From IMG/VR virus record IMGVR_UViG_3300010389_000001, positions 124,001 through 188,000 of that record: a DNA stretch of 64,000 nucleotides. One strand, written 5' to 3'. Position 1 is the first letter of the stretch, and every line of letters begins with the position of its first letter. Below the pieces are notes generated by a model, which was not told the origin of the DNA, searched no databases, and was given only the letters and a program-made list of their open reading frames with translations. Shown one piece after another: positions 55,664-64,000 of the stretch. The translations under genes were made by a program, and so were the position numbers.

Positions 55664-58600
55664 ATGGCTAACATACCTGGAGTATCAGGATTTATACAGC
55701 CCGGAGCTTTTGCCAGAGATAGAGTTATCTCCAGGGGCGTGTCTATTCCTGGTGGAATTAGAATAGTTTGTATTATGGGTGAAGGCCTTAGAGAAGAGAC
55801 CATCATTGAGTCAGCCGCTGGCTTGGGTCAGGATGGAAGCGCTGATTGCAGCCCTACCGGCTCCGCTGATGGAAGGTTCTTTAGACTCCAGAATTGGCCG
55901 GTTGTAAGCGGCAGAACAGAGCTTAGGCTAAATGGAACTCTTCTTTTTGGAAAAGAGGAGGAGATCGATGCCTCTGGTTTAGCTTCTCCGTTTGACTTTA
56001 GACTTGATCCAGAGACTGGCTGCATAGAGCTTAGAGGAGCTTCTATAGGCGACCAGGATGGAAAGGGCTTCTCTGCTTCCTCTTCAAATATCGGAACAGG
56101 AATTATCGTTGAGAATGATGACTGTGATCCGCTTGTTACACTCGATATCTTGGATGACTCCGCGCCAAGTGAGAGATGGACAATCAAGTGCGTATCTGTA
56201 GTCAGAGATTCTAACGGCGACCCCATTCCTGGCCTGTCAACTTTCACGGCAACGGGCTCTGTCTCCGGCCAGATCTACGACGACTCAGGCGCTCCAATAA
56301 CATTCACGAGCGGTTACTTCACTAGTAACGCTGGTGCGGTATCTGGAAATGTATCAGAGTGCGATGACGGCTTTACGGTCGCCTATGGTGACATCTCAGG
56401 CTCAGCCTTCCCACAGGGCCTCGTCAAGATTAGAGAGGGCGATACCTCTCTTGATACATCAAATACATTTATTGTCCCTGGAGCAGATCTTGTTTCACAG
56501 GGTCAGGCTCTTCCTGGCGATTTCCTTTGTCTCGATGGCTATGCGGGTCATGAGATCGAGTCAATTGACTATGACGGCAGCGACACCACTATCACGGTTA
56601 TAAGCGACAGCCTTGGTCCTGCAGATCCTGCATGGGGTGAGGAGCCTGACGACGCTCTCGATTGGACGATTAAGGCTACAAACATCTTAATCGATGACGA
56701 CTCAGTAGCTCATGATGAGATTACTGGCGAGCCTGCATCAGAGGGAAGCTTCTCTTCCGGCGATATCGGCAAGACGGTTCTAATTTGCCCCGGCGGAGCT
56801 TTCGGCGGTGGCAGATTTGTTATAACGGATGTAACTTCAACAAGAAGAGTTCGCTTAGTATCACTAGAGGATGATAGCGTATCATTTGAAGACCTAGAGG
56901 GTCTGGGCGCTACCGGCCTTGGTGCTACTGGCCTTACATTCCATCTGCTTCAGAACAACGGCCTGCTTCTTCTTGGAATTCAAGAGGGCGGAACAGCCTT
57001 TGAGGTTGGCGATAAGTTCTTTGTTGATGTAAGCTCAAGAGCATTAGCTCAGGGCGACAATCTGGTTGCCAAGTATATCTACGAGTTGGACCTAAATGAT
57101 CCTCAGTTCTTTACTGAGGCAAACGATCTATTCCTAAAGCACGGACTTGTATCAGAGGAGAACACACTATCCCTGGGTGCTCAGCTGGCGCTTGAGAACG
57201 GAGCGCCTGGCGTGCTAGCAGTACAGTGTAAGCCGGCCGTTCCAAGAAGAACGTCCGTAACCCTCCTAGAAGAAAGAGATTCTCTCGGAAATGGTGGATT
57301 CTCTGCATGTTATGATGCCGGCACTGAGTCAGCAGATGCATGTGAGGTCGATGATCTCAGATTCGTTATCCCGAGACCAACGGAGGGCCTTAGAAACGGC
57401 CGTCCCGATCCGGATTCCAGAGTCAACATTTTTGTTGTAAGAGATGGAGCAGAAACTCAGGTATTCCCTAACAAGGTTGCTTTCTATAACTCCCAGCTTG
57501 AGACAGATATCCAGCAGGGTCAGTGGATTGCAAGCTCTGACAATGCATTCTCTTACACAATTGTAAATTCAGAGACAGATATTCTTGCGAGCGGCGATAA
57601 CGGAACACTCGATGTCGAGTCTGGCAGAGAATACTTTACAACTCCAGAGATTGATTTCGACGGAGCAAATGTCGGCGACGTAATTGTCATAACGAGCATG
57701 GAAGATGCCTCTGGAACAGTATACACTTCAGTCGAAGAAATATCTGAGCAGCTATTCGGAGTAGCTCTCCTAGTGCCTTCAGTCGAGCTTCTGATTGATT
57801 CAGTTCAGGATGACTCATTGGTTTACGTTTCAGCAGAGAATGGCGAAACGCTAAATCTATTAAGCTCTTACTCAGACATCCAGTTCTTTGTAAAGGACCC
57901 TGCAAATACCAACGCAGACGATGCCTCACTCCTTCTGCACCGCGACCTAGTATCCAGCGGAGTAATCAGAGAGGGTGATGGAATCAGAATCTCCTATGTA
58001 GATGAGAACGATGCAGACTTCTTCGATACAAATTGGTTTGAGGCACTTGAAGCACTTGAGGCTTCAGAGGCACAGATTGTTGTACCGCTTCCGAACCAGG
58101 CTATTTCATCAATCTTTAGAGCTACTGTAAACCACTGTGAAAACATGAGTTCTATTGTAAATAGAAAGGAAAGAGTTGCATTTATTGGAGCCCAGAGAGG
58201 AGTTACTCCGGCCGCATTGATTGGAACTGAAGAAGTTGCTGTTGAAGATATCGGTATAATTGAGGGAATTCAGGGAGATGATCCGGAAGAGGTTCTCGCA
58301 GGAAATACCGAAGACCTAGTCAACTTTAAGTTAAGCGATAATTACACCAGCAACAGATGCGTCTATCTCTACCCAGATGAGATCGTAAGAAATGTAAATG
58401 GAACAAATGTTTCTCTGCATGGATTCTACGCAGCTGCAGCTGCCGCAGGATATCTTTCTGCAAGACAGAATGTTGCAATACCTCTGACGAACAAGGTTCT
58501 TTCTGGATTCTCACTAACCAGAGATAAGATCTTTAGACCGATTATACAGAATCAGCTTGGCGCCGTTGGAGCTACCCTGCTTCAGCCTGTAGCGGGCGGC

Positions 58601-58939
58601 GGAAGAGTTCTCGCAGGAAGAACTACCAGCCAGTCAGGGTTCGTAGAGGACGAGGAGATCTCAATTATATTCATCAGGGATTTCGTAAAGAGAGCGTTGA
58701 GAAACTCTCTTGCAGGCTTTATCGGCGGAGTCCAGAACCCCGACGTAAATCTTCTTATATCACAGAGAACAAGATCAATTATGTCAGGGCTGGTAAGCCA
58801 GGGCCTCGTAACCGTCTTTGACAACATTAAGGTTGAGCAAGATAAGGTTGACCCAAGGCAGATAAATGTGTTCCTCCGATTTACACCGGCGTACCCCATT
58901 AACTACGTATTCATCGACATTGAGGTCGGCATAATCTAA
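55664..58939 (+). CDS. tail sheath protein with large insertions
   Basis: C-terminal sheath core ERVAFIG, PLTNK, GRTT, EISIIFIRDFV, PAYPINYVFI. Confidence 0.88.
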   Translation: MANIPGVSGFIQPGAFARDRVISRGVSIPGGIRIVCIMGEGLREETIIESAAGLGQDGSADCSPTGSADGRFFRLQNWPVVSGRTELRLNGTLLFGKEEEIDASGLASPFDFRLDPETGCIELRGASIGDQDGKGFSASSSNIGTGIIVENDDCDPLVTLDILDDSAPSERWTIKCVSVVRDSNGDPIPGLSTFTATGSVSGQIYDDSGAPITFTSGYFTSNAGAVSGNVSECDDGFTVAYGDISGSAFPQGLVKIREGDTSLDTSNTFIVPGADLVSQGQALPGDFLCLDGYAGHEIESIDYDGSDTTITVISDSLGPADPAWGEEPDDALDWTIKATNILIDDDSVAHDEITGEPASEGSFSSGDIGKTVLICPGGAFGGGRFVITDVTSTRRVRLVSLEDDSVSFEDLEGLGATGLGATGLTFHLLQNNGLLLLGIQEGGTAFEVGDKFFVDVSSRALAQGDNLVAKYIYELDLNDPQFFTEANDLFLKHGLVSEENTLSLGAQLALENGAPGVLAVQCKPAVPRRTSVTLLEERDSLGNGGFSACYDAGTESADACEVDDLRFVIPRPTEGLRNGRPDPDSRVNIFVVRDGAETQVFPNKVAFYNSQLETDIQQGQWIASSDNAFSYTIVNSETDILASGDNGTLDVESGREYFTTPEIDFDGANVGDVIVITSMEDASGTVYTSVEEISEQLFGVALLVPSVELLIDSVQDDSLVYVSAENGETLNLLSSYSDIQFFVKDPANTNADDASLLLHRDLVSSGVIREGDGIRISYVDENDADFFDTNWFEALEALEASEAQIVVPLPNQAISSIFRATVNHCENMSSIVNRKERVAFIGAQRGVTPAALIGTEEVAVEDIGIIEGIQGDDPEEVLAGNTEDLVNFKLSDNYTSNRCVYLYPDEIVRNVNGTNVSLHGFYAAAAAAGYLSARQNVAIPLTNKVLSGFSLTRDKIFRPIIQNQLGAVGATLLQPVAGGGRVLAGRTTSQSGFVEDEEISIIFIRDFVKRALRNSLAGFIGGVQNPDVNLLISQRTRSIMSGLVSQGLVTVFDNIKVEQDKVDPRQINVFLRFTPAYPINYVFIDIEVGII

Positions 58940-58962
58940 AAAAACATTCCATATTTTTGGAT

Positions 58963-58995
58963 CCCCCCGGTACAATAGTGCCAGGGGGTTTTTTT
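58963..58995 (+). terminator. hairpin plus T7 tract after sheath, with TACAAT at stem top/loop
   Basis: CCCCCCGGTAC-AATA-GTGCCAGGGGG-TTTTTTT. Confidence 0.7.
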
Positions 58996-60739
58996 GTTTT
59001 ACGCAAAATGTTACGAATGCAATTCCAAGATGGAATATGCAAGAAAAAACGCTGCAGCTAGAGCTGAAAAAAACAAGATAGTATGCAAGACCTGTAAGAA
59101 AAGAAAAAAGGAAGCAAGAGAGAGGGCTTGCCCATCTTGTAGTTGCCCTATAATATACAAGACATATGCCGGCTTTAAAAAGGGCGAGGAAAGTGATGCG
59201 CTATGCCCTTCTTGTGCAAAGCTTACACAATATGAAGCTAGGCATTCAATTAAATGCTCAGAGTGTTCGGGGACACACTTTGTAAAGAGAGAAGAAACTT
59301 TAAAGAAAATGAGCAAAATGAGTCAGCCTTTTATCTGCGGAAGCTGCAAGAAAAAGGCCAGACTAAGCATTGTTTACTCTAGAGATTGCGTAACTTGCGG
59401 TAAAAGCATAACTTATAAGAACAAATATAATTATAATGCATCAATTAAAAGAAGCAAAAAAGCAAGGTGCGCTTCCTGCGCTCGCACGAATGGCTTCGTA
59501 CTTCCCATGGAAAGGCCATGTCCAAAATGTAATAAGATTATTCATTATAAAACAAAAGATAGCTGCGCGAGAGCCAATAAGCATGACTCGTTCTGCAAGT
59601 CCTGCGCACTGTCCGGAAGAATGCCTTCCGATCGAGCAATTGAGGCTGCGAGAAAAGCAAGGATCGGCAGAGTTGCCTCTCCTGAGGAGCTTAAAAGAAA
59701 GGAGGCAACTCTTCTTGAGAAATATGGGGCAAAAAGCTACCTTGGAACTGACGCTCACAGAAGGATGATGGTTGATTCTGGAGCGTGGAAAGACTATGAC
59801 GGAAAAACAATAAAGCAAATAGCTAATGAAAATGGTCTTCCAGAAAGCGTTCATTCTTCTCTATACAAATGGGTTGCAAGCTCTGATGAAATAAGCTATG
59901 ATGATATAGCAGAATATTGCAGCAGTTATGAGAAGAAAATAAGCAACCTAGAAAATCTGGCGTCATTAGCCCTTGGCATCGATCATTTTAATAAAAAAAT
60001 AAGTGAAGAATTGCCCTATAGGCCAGACTTTAAGATAAGTGATAAAATATTTTTAAATGTCGATGGCCTTTACTGGCATTCGGAACTTCACTCCGATAGG
60101 AAATATCATTTTGATATGAGGAAGAGTTATGAGGAAGCTGGCCTTAGGATAATTCAGTTCAGAGAAGACGAAGTTAATAAAAAAATGCATATTATCAAAT
60201 CTATGATAGATAATGCTAGCGGACTTATTAAGAGTAAGATAGGCGCCAGAAAGTGTAAGATCGCCAAGCCTACGACCGATGAGGCAGAGTCTTTTCTGAG
60301 AGAGAACCACATCAAGGGCTACATTACATCGAGGCATTTGGGCTTATATTATAATGATCAGCTTGTTTCGCTAATGTCGTATAAGCTAAGAAAATCATAT
60401 GTAAAAATAGACAGATTCTGCTCTAAGGCCGGCTGGTCTGTGCAGGGAGGGTTCTCTAGATTATTCAAAGAGGTTGAGAGGCAAAATGATCAAGATCTGC
60501 CGATTCATTATTGGGTTGATCTCAGATATGGCACTGGAGACTTTCTTTTAAGCCAAGGCTTTAAACTTGAAAAAGAAACCCTTGGATGGGAATGGACCGA
60601 CTTTAAAAAGACTCATAATAGGCTTAAGTGCAGGGCAAATATGGATGATAGATGCCTCTCTCAGTCGGAGCATGCAAAAGAGCTGGGATTATTTAAAATA
60701 TATGATGCAGGCCAAAGACTTTACATCAAAAATAAATAA
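58994..60739 (+). mobile_element. free-standing Hef-like homing endonuclease with five zinc ribbons
   Basis: 10 CxxC; RPDF...NVDGLYWH...IIQFREDE nuclease motif; ARKCKI..FLRENH..G, GGFSRLF, DLRYGTG, KIYDAG Hef-type C-terminus. Confidence 0.8.
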
Positions 60740-60840
60740 TTTATATGAATATATTTTTGATGTAACAAATATCATTTTCTATTTATAATTATTTTATAGT
60801 AGATAAGCCTAGTTTCATCAACCTTAATTAGGAGAATATA

Positions 60841-61470
60841 ATGGCCGAATATCCAAATACAGGCACCATTTTTGATAATCCAGATAATGGCAGTAAAACA
60901 AGAACTGGCCTATCTACTCAGATTGTCGTCTATGTAGAGGGCGAGCCGGTTGGTGCGATACAGTCCTTTAACGAAAGTCAGAACCGAAGCGTAAAGCCTA
61001 TTTCTGAGGTCGGAACGGATGGCGTTATTGAGCTGGTGCCTAACCAGCCTGCAAAGATATCGCTTACCATCAACCGAATCGTGTTCGATGGCCTTTCTCT
61101 TCCGGAGGCTTTCTCAAGAGGATATCGCAACATCCACGCTCAGAGAATACCTTTTGACATCGTTGTAATAGATAAATTTACTGGAGACGGAGATAACGCC
61201 GTAGTTACAACTTACCATAACTGCTTCTTTACGCAGCTTGGAAAGAACTACACTGTAAATGATTATACGATTCAAGAGAACGCAAGCGTTACAGCAGAGT
61301 TTATGTCATCCACGAGAGCTGGGGGCCCCGTTGCCGATAGCCAGGGCGTATCTGGCGCCAGAGAGATTCCTGGAAGACAGACAGATTCAGTGGAGCAGTC
61401 TGCAGATACCGGCGTAAGACGCGGCCCGCTTGACTTCTCAGGGCTAATCTCCGCTGCATACGGCAGCTAA
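60841..61470 (+). CDS. tail tube protein
   Basis: TQIVVYVEGEPVGAIQSF..SQNR...EVG.DG.IE.VP; follows sheath; AGGAG RBS. Confidence 0.82.
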   Translation: MAEYPNTGTIFDNPDNGSKTRTGLSTQIVVYVEGEPVGAIQSFNESQNRSVKPISEVGTDGVIELVPNQPAKISLTINRIVFDGLSLPEAFSRGYRNIHAQRIPFDIVVIDKFTGDGDNAVVTTYHNCFFTQLGKNYTVNDYTIQENASVTAEFMSSTRAGGPVADSQGVSGAREIPGRQTDSVEQSADTGVRRGPLDFSGLISAAYGS

Positions 61471-61492
61471 TTTTAGCAATAAATATTTACTG

Positions 61493-61524
61493 AAAAGCAC
61501 CATCTTAGCATGGTGCTTTTTCTT
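61493..61524 (+). terminator. intrinsic terminator
   Basis: AAAAGCACCAT-CTTAGC-ATGGTGCTTTTT. Confidence 0.85.
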
Positions 61525-61556
61525 TATGCGGTATAATATCCTAAATAGGAGTAACT

Positions 61557-62042
61557 ATGCCAAAGGTTAGAGCCAGTTTGTCTGATGGTAACCGCATGGA
61601 AGAAATGCAGGAGCTTTTATCACCAGAGGCTAACGCCGAAGAGGATAGCGGTGATGTGGATCCCGCCAAAATTTCTGACCTAAAGAACCTGATTCTTCTA
61701 GGCAAATTAACAGAGACTGTAAGGATTGGTGGGTTTAGCTTTGAGCTATCAACTTTATCTGCAAATGAGCAAGCAGAAGTAATGAAGACTCTAATGAAGG
61801 CAGAAGAAATGGATAGGGTTCTGCATTCAAAGTCTATTGCAATCTCCTATTGTATAAAGAAAATAAACTCTGTACCCCTCTCTGAGCTTGCCGCTGAGCA
61901 CCCCGGCGATAGCGAGGATGAAAGAAGAGTTGCCTTTGTACTGGATATGCAGACCACTTTGGTTGAGAAGATATTTACAGAGTATGAAGCTCTAGTCGCA
62001 AGGTCAGGACAAGAAGTAGGTTTTGATTCTGTAAAAAAATAG
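61557..62042 (+). CDS. tail assembly chaperone (G-like)
   Basis: Between tube and tape measure; ends in a slippery sequence. Confidence 0.8.
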   Translation: MPKVRASLSDGNRMEEMQELLSPEANAEEDSGDVDPAKISDLKNLILLGKLTETVRIGGFSFELSTLSANEQAEVMKTLMKAEEMDRVLHSKSIAISYCIKKINSVPLSELAAEHPGDSEDERRVAFVLDMQTTLVEKIFTEYEALVARSGQEVGFDSVKK

Positions 62043-62070
62043 CAGCGGAGCCATACCACAGGCTCCGCTG
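62033..62070 (+). other. programmed -1 frameshift site: A AAA AAA plus 10-bp hairpin
   Basis: GTA AAA AAA TAG; -1 frame open from 62039 to stop 62476; stem CAGCGGAGCC/GGCTCCGCTG. Confidence 0.85.
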
Positions 62071-62476
62071 GAAGTTATGCAAAATATGGGGCTGCAAAGT
62101 TGATGATCCAATCTTTAATGATATCAACAATGCCCAGTGGGCTTGGTACGCAAGCATGGTTGCTGCAGATCAGAAGGAAACTTATGATCTTTATCTAGAC
62201 TTCTCTGAATATTTGGCTTCTTTCTGGAATGCAGAGGCTGTGCAAAAGATTAAGAGTTCAAGAGTAAGGCCCGAAGATCAAGGGTTCGCATCCGATGAGG
62301 AATTCGAAGAACAGGTGCTAACAGGAGCATTTAAGGAAAATGATATTGTTAAGGCTATAAAAGATAAGTATAAAAATACTAATTTAGCTGATAATAATAT
62401 GGGCTCCAAGGAAAGAACGAGAAGACTGCCGAAGGACCTATCTGGGATCAGGGATTTATTCGGAGATAGCGACTAA
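62039..62476 (+). CDS. T-like frameshift extension of tail assembly chaperone (GT about 306 aa)
   Basis: IAAEPYHRLRWKLCKIWGCKVDDP...WAWYASM continues into ORF 62156-62476. Confidence 0.8.
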   Translation: MAAEPYHRLRWKLCKIWGCKVDDPIFNDINNAQWAWYASMVAADQKETYDLYLDFSEYLASFWNAEAVQKIKSSRVRPEDQGFASDEEFEEQVLTGAFKENDIVKAIKDKYKNTNLADNNMGSKERTRRLPKDLSGIRDLFGDSD

Positions 62477-64000
62477 TGGCATTGGATAAAGAAAATCTGA
62501 AAGCATTAGGCCAAGGGTTAGATGCATTTACAAATTCTGTAAAAACTGCCGAAAAAGCTTTGGGGGATTTTTTCGCCCTAGGCTCCAGAACCCCCAACAG
62601 CCTTGGGCCTGCGACTCCTGCTTTAAATGATCTGAAAAAAGCAATTCAGGGTGTGGGGCAAATCGCAACCGGTACTGCCGGCGCCATCGACGCAATGATT
62701 GACGGGCTGGGTTCTGGAGGCTCTGCTATTGGAGGCTTTTCTGGTGCCCTAGTCGACCTTACGTCGGGACTGGTAAATACGCTTCCTGAGGCTATAGTCG
62801 GTATGGCGGAGGTTGTCGCCGGAGCGTTTGATGGCCCAACGAAAGATCTAAGAGCTTTTGATGCGAGCATATTCGAGGTGGGCAAGAGATTCGGTGATCC
62901 AATTCAGTCATCAAAAGATTTTGCTGATGCAATAAAAGCTATACCGGCGTCGGAATTTGGGCAGGCACTGTCATTAACAAGAGATGAGTTAAGTAAATTT
63001 TATAGCAGAGCGGCTCAATATAATTTGACTCAGGAGATGTTAAACGAAACTGTGTCAACAGGCATTGGGGAAACAAACCTTCTTGCTGCGGCTTATGCTT
63101 TTGGAGAGTCTGCAGCGATGGGTGCCGGTGAAACAATGCGCCTGTTAGATACAATCATAAATAAACAGGGTGTATCGGCTGGTGAGGCGGCAGAGATGCT
63201 TGGCGTTTACTCAGGAGTCGCAAAAGAAGTTGGCATAGCGATAGACGATGTTGCTTCAACGCTTAATTCGGCAGTATCCCAGTTCTCTAAGCTTGGAATA
63301 TCTGCAGATTTTGGTGCGCCAATCCTAGAGGGGTTCGGAAGAGTCGTCAAAGATATGGGGCTTGGTATAGATGAGGCAACCTCCTTGACCCAGGGGCTTG
63401 CCAGCGCACTTGGAGGGCTCACAACTGATTATGCGAATGCTTATGTCATGTTTCAAAGGGGAGGGCTAGATATCGGAGCGGGTGGGGGCGCCCTTGGGGC
63501 TTCTATAGGGCTTCAGGCAGAGCTGCTTAGGGCTGAGCAGACCGGTGATCAGGCGGCGATAGGTGCTCAGCTCGTCGGAGCGATGAAGGATACTCTGGCA
63601 TCGTTTGGCGGAGGAAACATAGTTACTGTTTCTGAGGCCGCAGAGAGCCCGGAGCTACAAACTCAATTTTATACCCAGCAGCAGCTTCTTATGAATCAGT
63701 TTGGGATAAGGGATCAAGCTTCTGCGACGAGAACTCTCGAACTCTTGGCCGAGATTGATGATGCAACACGATCAGGCAATATGGAGGCCAAAGAAGAGCT
63801 TCAGAAACAACTTGAAAATGAGGTAGAAGGAAGAGATAAGACTCTGGATGTTTTGGAGCAAATAAACAGAGAGATTGCGGCTCAAAGTAATCTGCTGGCT
63901 ATTGCTGCCAGAGAGGACCTTGAAGCCTTATCAAATCTTGGTTTTGATATAGCAAAAGAATTTGCTTCGCCAAAAATTGCGGAGGCCGGATCGGCTGGAG
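62476..64000 (+). CDS. tape measure protein (5' part, runs off window)
   Basis: TAATG-coupled ATG; MALDKENLKALGQGLDAF..., Ala/Gly-rich helical; no stop seen in the frame (not exhaustively checked). Confidence 0.8.
   Translation, partial: MALDKENLKALGQGLDAFTNSVKTAEKALGDFFALGSRTPNSLGPATPALNDLKKAIQGVGQIATGTAGAIDAMIDGLGSGGSAIGGFSGALVDLTSGLVNTLPEAIVGMAEVVAGAFDGPTKDLRAFDASIFEVGKRFGDPIQSSKDFADAIKAIPASEFGQALSLTRDELSKFYSRAAQYNLTQEMLNETVSTGIGETNLLAAAYAFGESAAMGAGETMRLLDTIINKQGVSAGEAAEMLGVYSGVAKEVGIAIDDVASTLNSAVSQFSKLGISADFGAPILEGFGRVVKDMGLGIDEATSLTQGLASALGGLTTDYANAYVMFQRGGLDIGAGGGALGASIGLQAELLRAEQTGDQAAIGAQLVGAMKDTLASFGGGNIVTVSEAAESPELQTQFYTQQQLLMNQFGIRDQASATRTLELLAEIDDATRSGNMEAKEELQKQLENEVEGRDKTLDVLEQINREIAAQSNLLAIAAREDLEALSNLGFDIAKEFASPKIAEAGSAG

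Noticed and set aside
58940-60840. Endonuclease as part of a group I intron
   Set aside because: Sheath ends and tube starts normally; flanks of about 55 and 100 nt are too short for a ribozyme core
62031-62047. Frameshift junction creates VKKIAA, matching the K-x-A motif
   Set aside because: Lys codons are forced by the slippery A run and the chaperone is not a head protein; probably coincidence
2247-63422. Many 60-180 aa minus-strand or alternate-frame ORFs (e.g. 2247-2702, 25860-26225, 28749-29288, 34826-35206, 35407-35916, 36493-37011)
   Set aside because: Shadows of long GC-richer or repetitive plus-strand genes; no RBS or recognisable motifs
1-64000. Stop-codon reassignment as in some jumbo phages
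   Set aside because: TAG, TGA and TAA all end recognisable full-length proteins and coding density is already high in code 11
1-64000. tRNA, rRNA or other structured RNA genes
   Set aside because: Intergenic gaps are mostly under 160 nt and AT-rich; no cloverleaf or T-loop signature seen by eye; tRNAscan-SE/Infernal would be decisive

Overview
The window is a gene-dense, almost entirely plus-strand segment of a large (probably jumbo) contractile-tailed bacteriophage genome in standard code 11; no host housekeeping context, tRNA, rRNA or CRISPR array was seen. Layout: (i) 1-6.8 kb recombination/replication block (UvsY-like?, SSB, RuvC-like resolvase, GroEL, RecA with a 140-aa mini-intein, Cys-rich protein, DnaG core lacking its zinc-binding domain, sigma-region-4-like HTH); (ii) 6.9-32 kb very large head module (many unknown proteins, CCA/poly(A)-polymerase-family nucleotidyltransferase, terminase, portal, DUF192 fusion, prohead protease-scaffold fusion, two paralogous decoration-like proteins, major capsid protein); (iii) 32-34.7 kb accessory cassette (PLP aminotransferase, HPD/J-like protein); (iv) 34.8-55.6 kb fibre, neck, lysis-like and paired tailspike-like genes; (v) 55.7-64 kb sheath, free-standing Hef-like endonuclease, tube, tail assembly chaperones joined by a -1 frameshift, and the start of the tape measure gene. 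The most unusual pattern is two short peptide signals shared by unrelated head-module proteins: a hydrophobic-x-K-x-A/S motif (candidate maturation cleavage site) and a solitary 16-aa TPR-spaced helical hairpin. Also notable are a TACTAAT candidate late promoter and terminator-like hairpins whose loops carry -10 boxes upstream of the resolvase and endonuclease genes. All family assignments come from motif recognition by eye, not from database searches.
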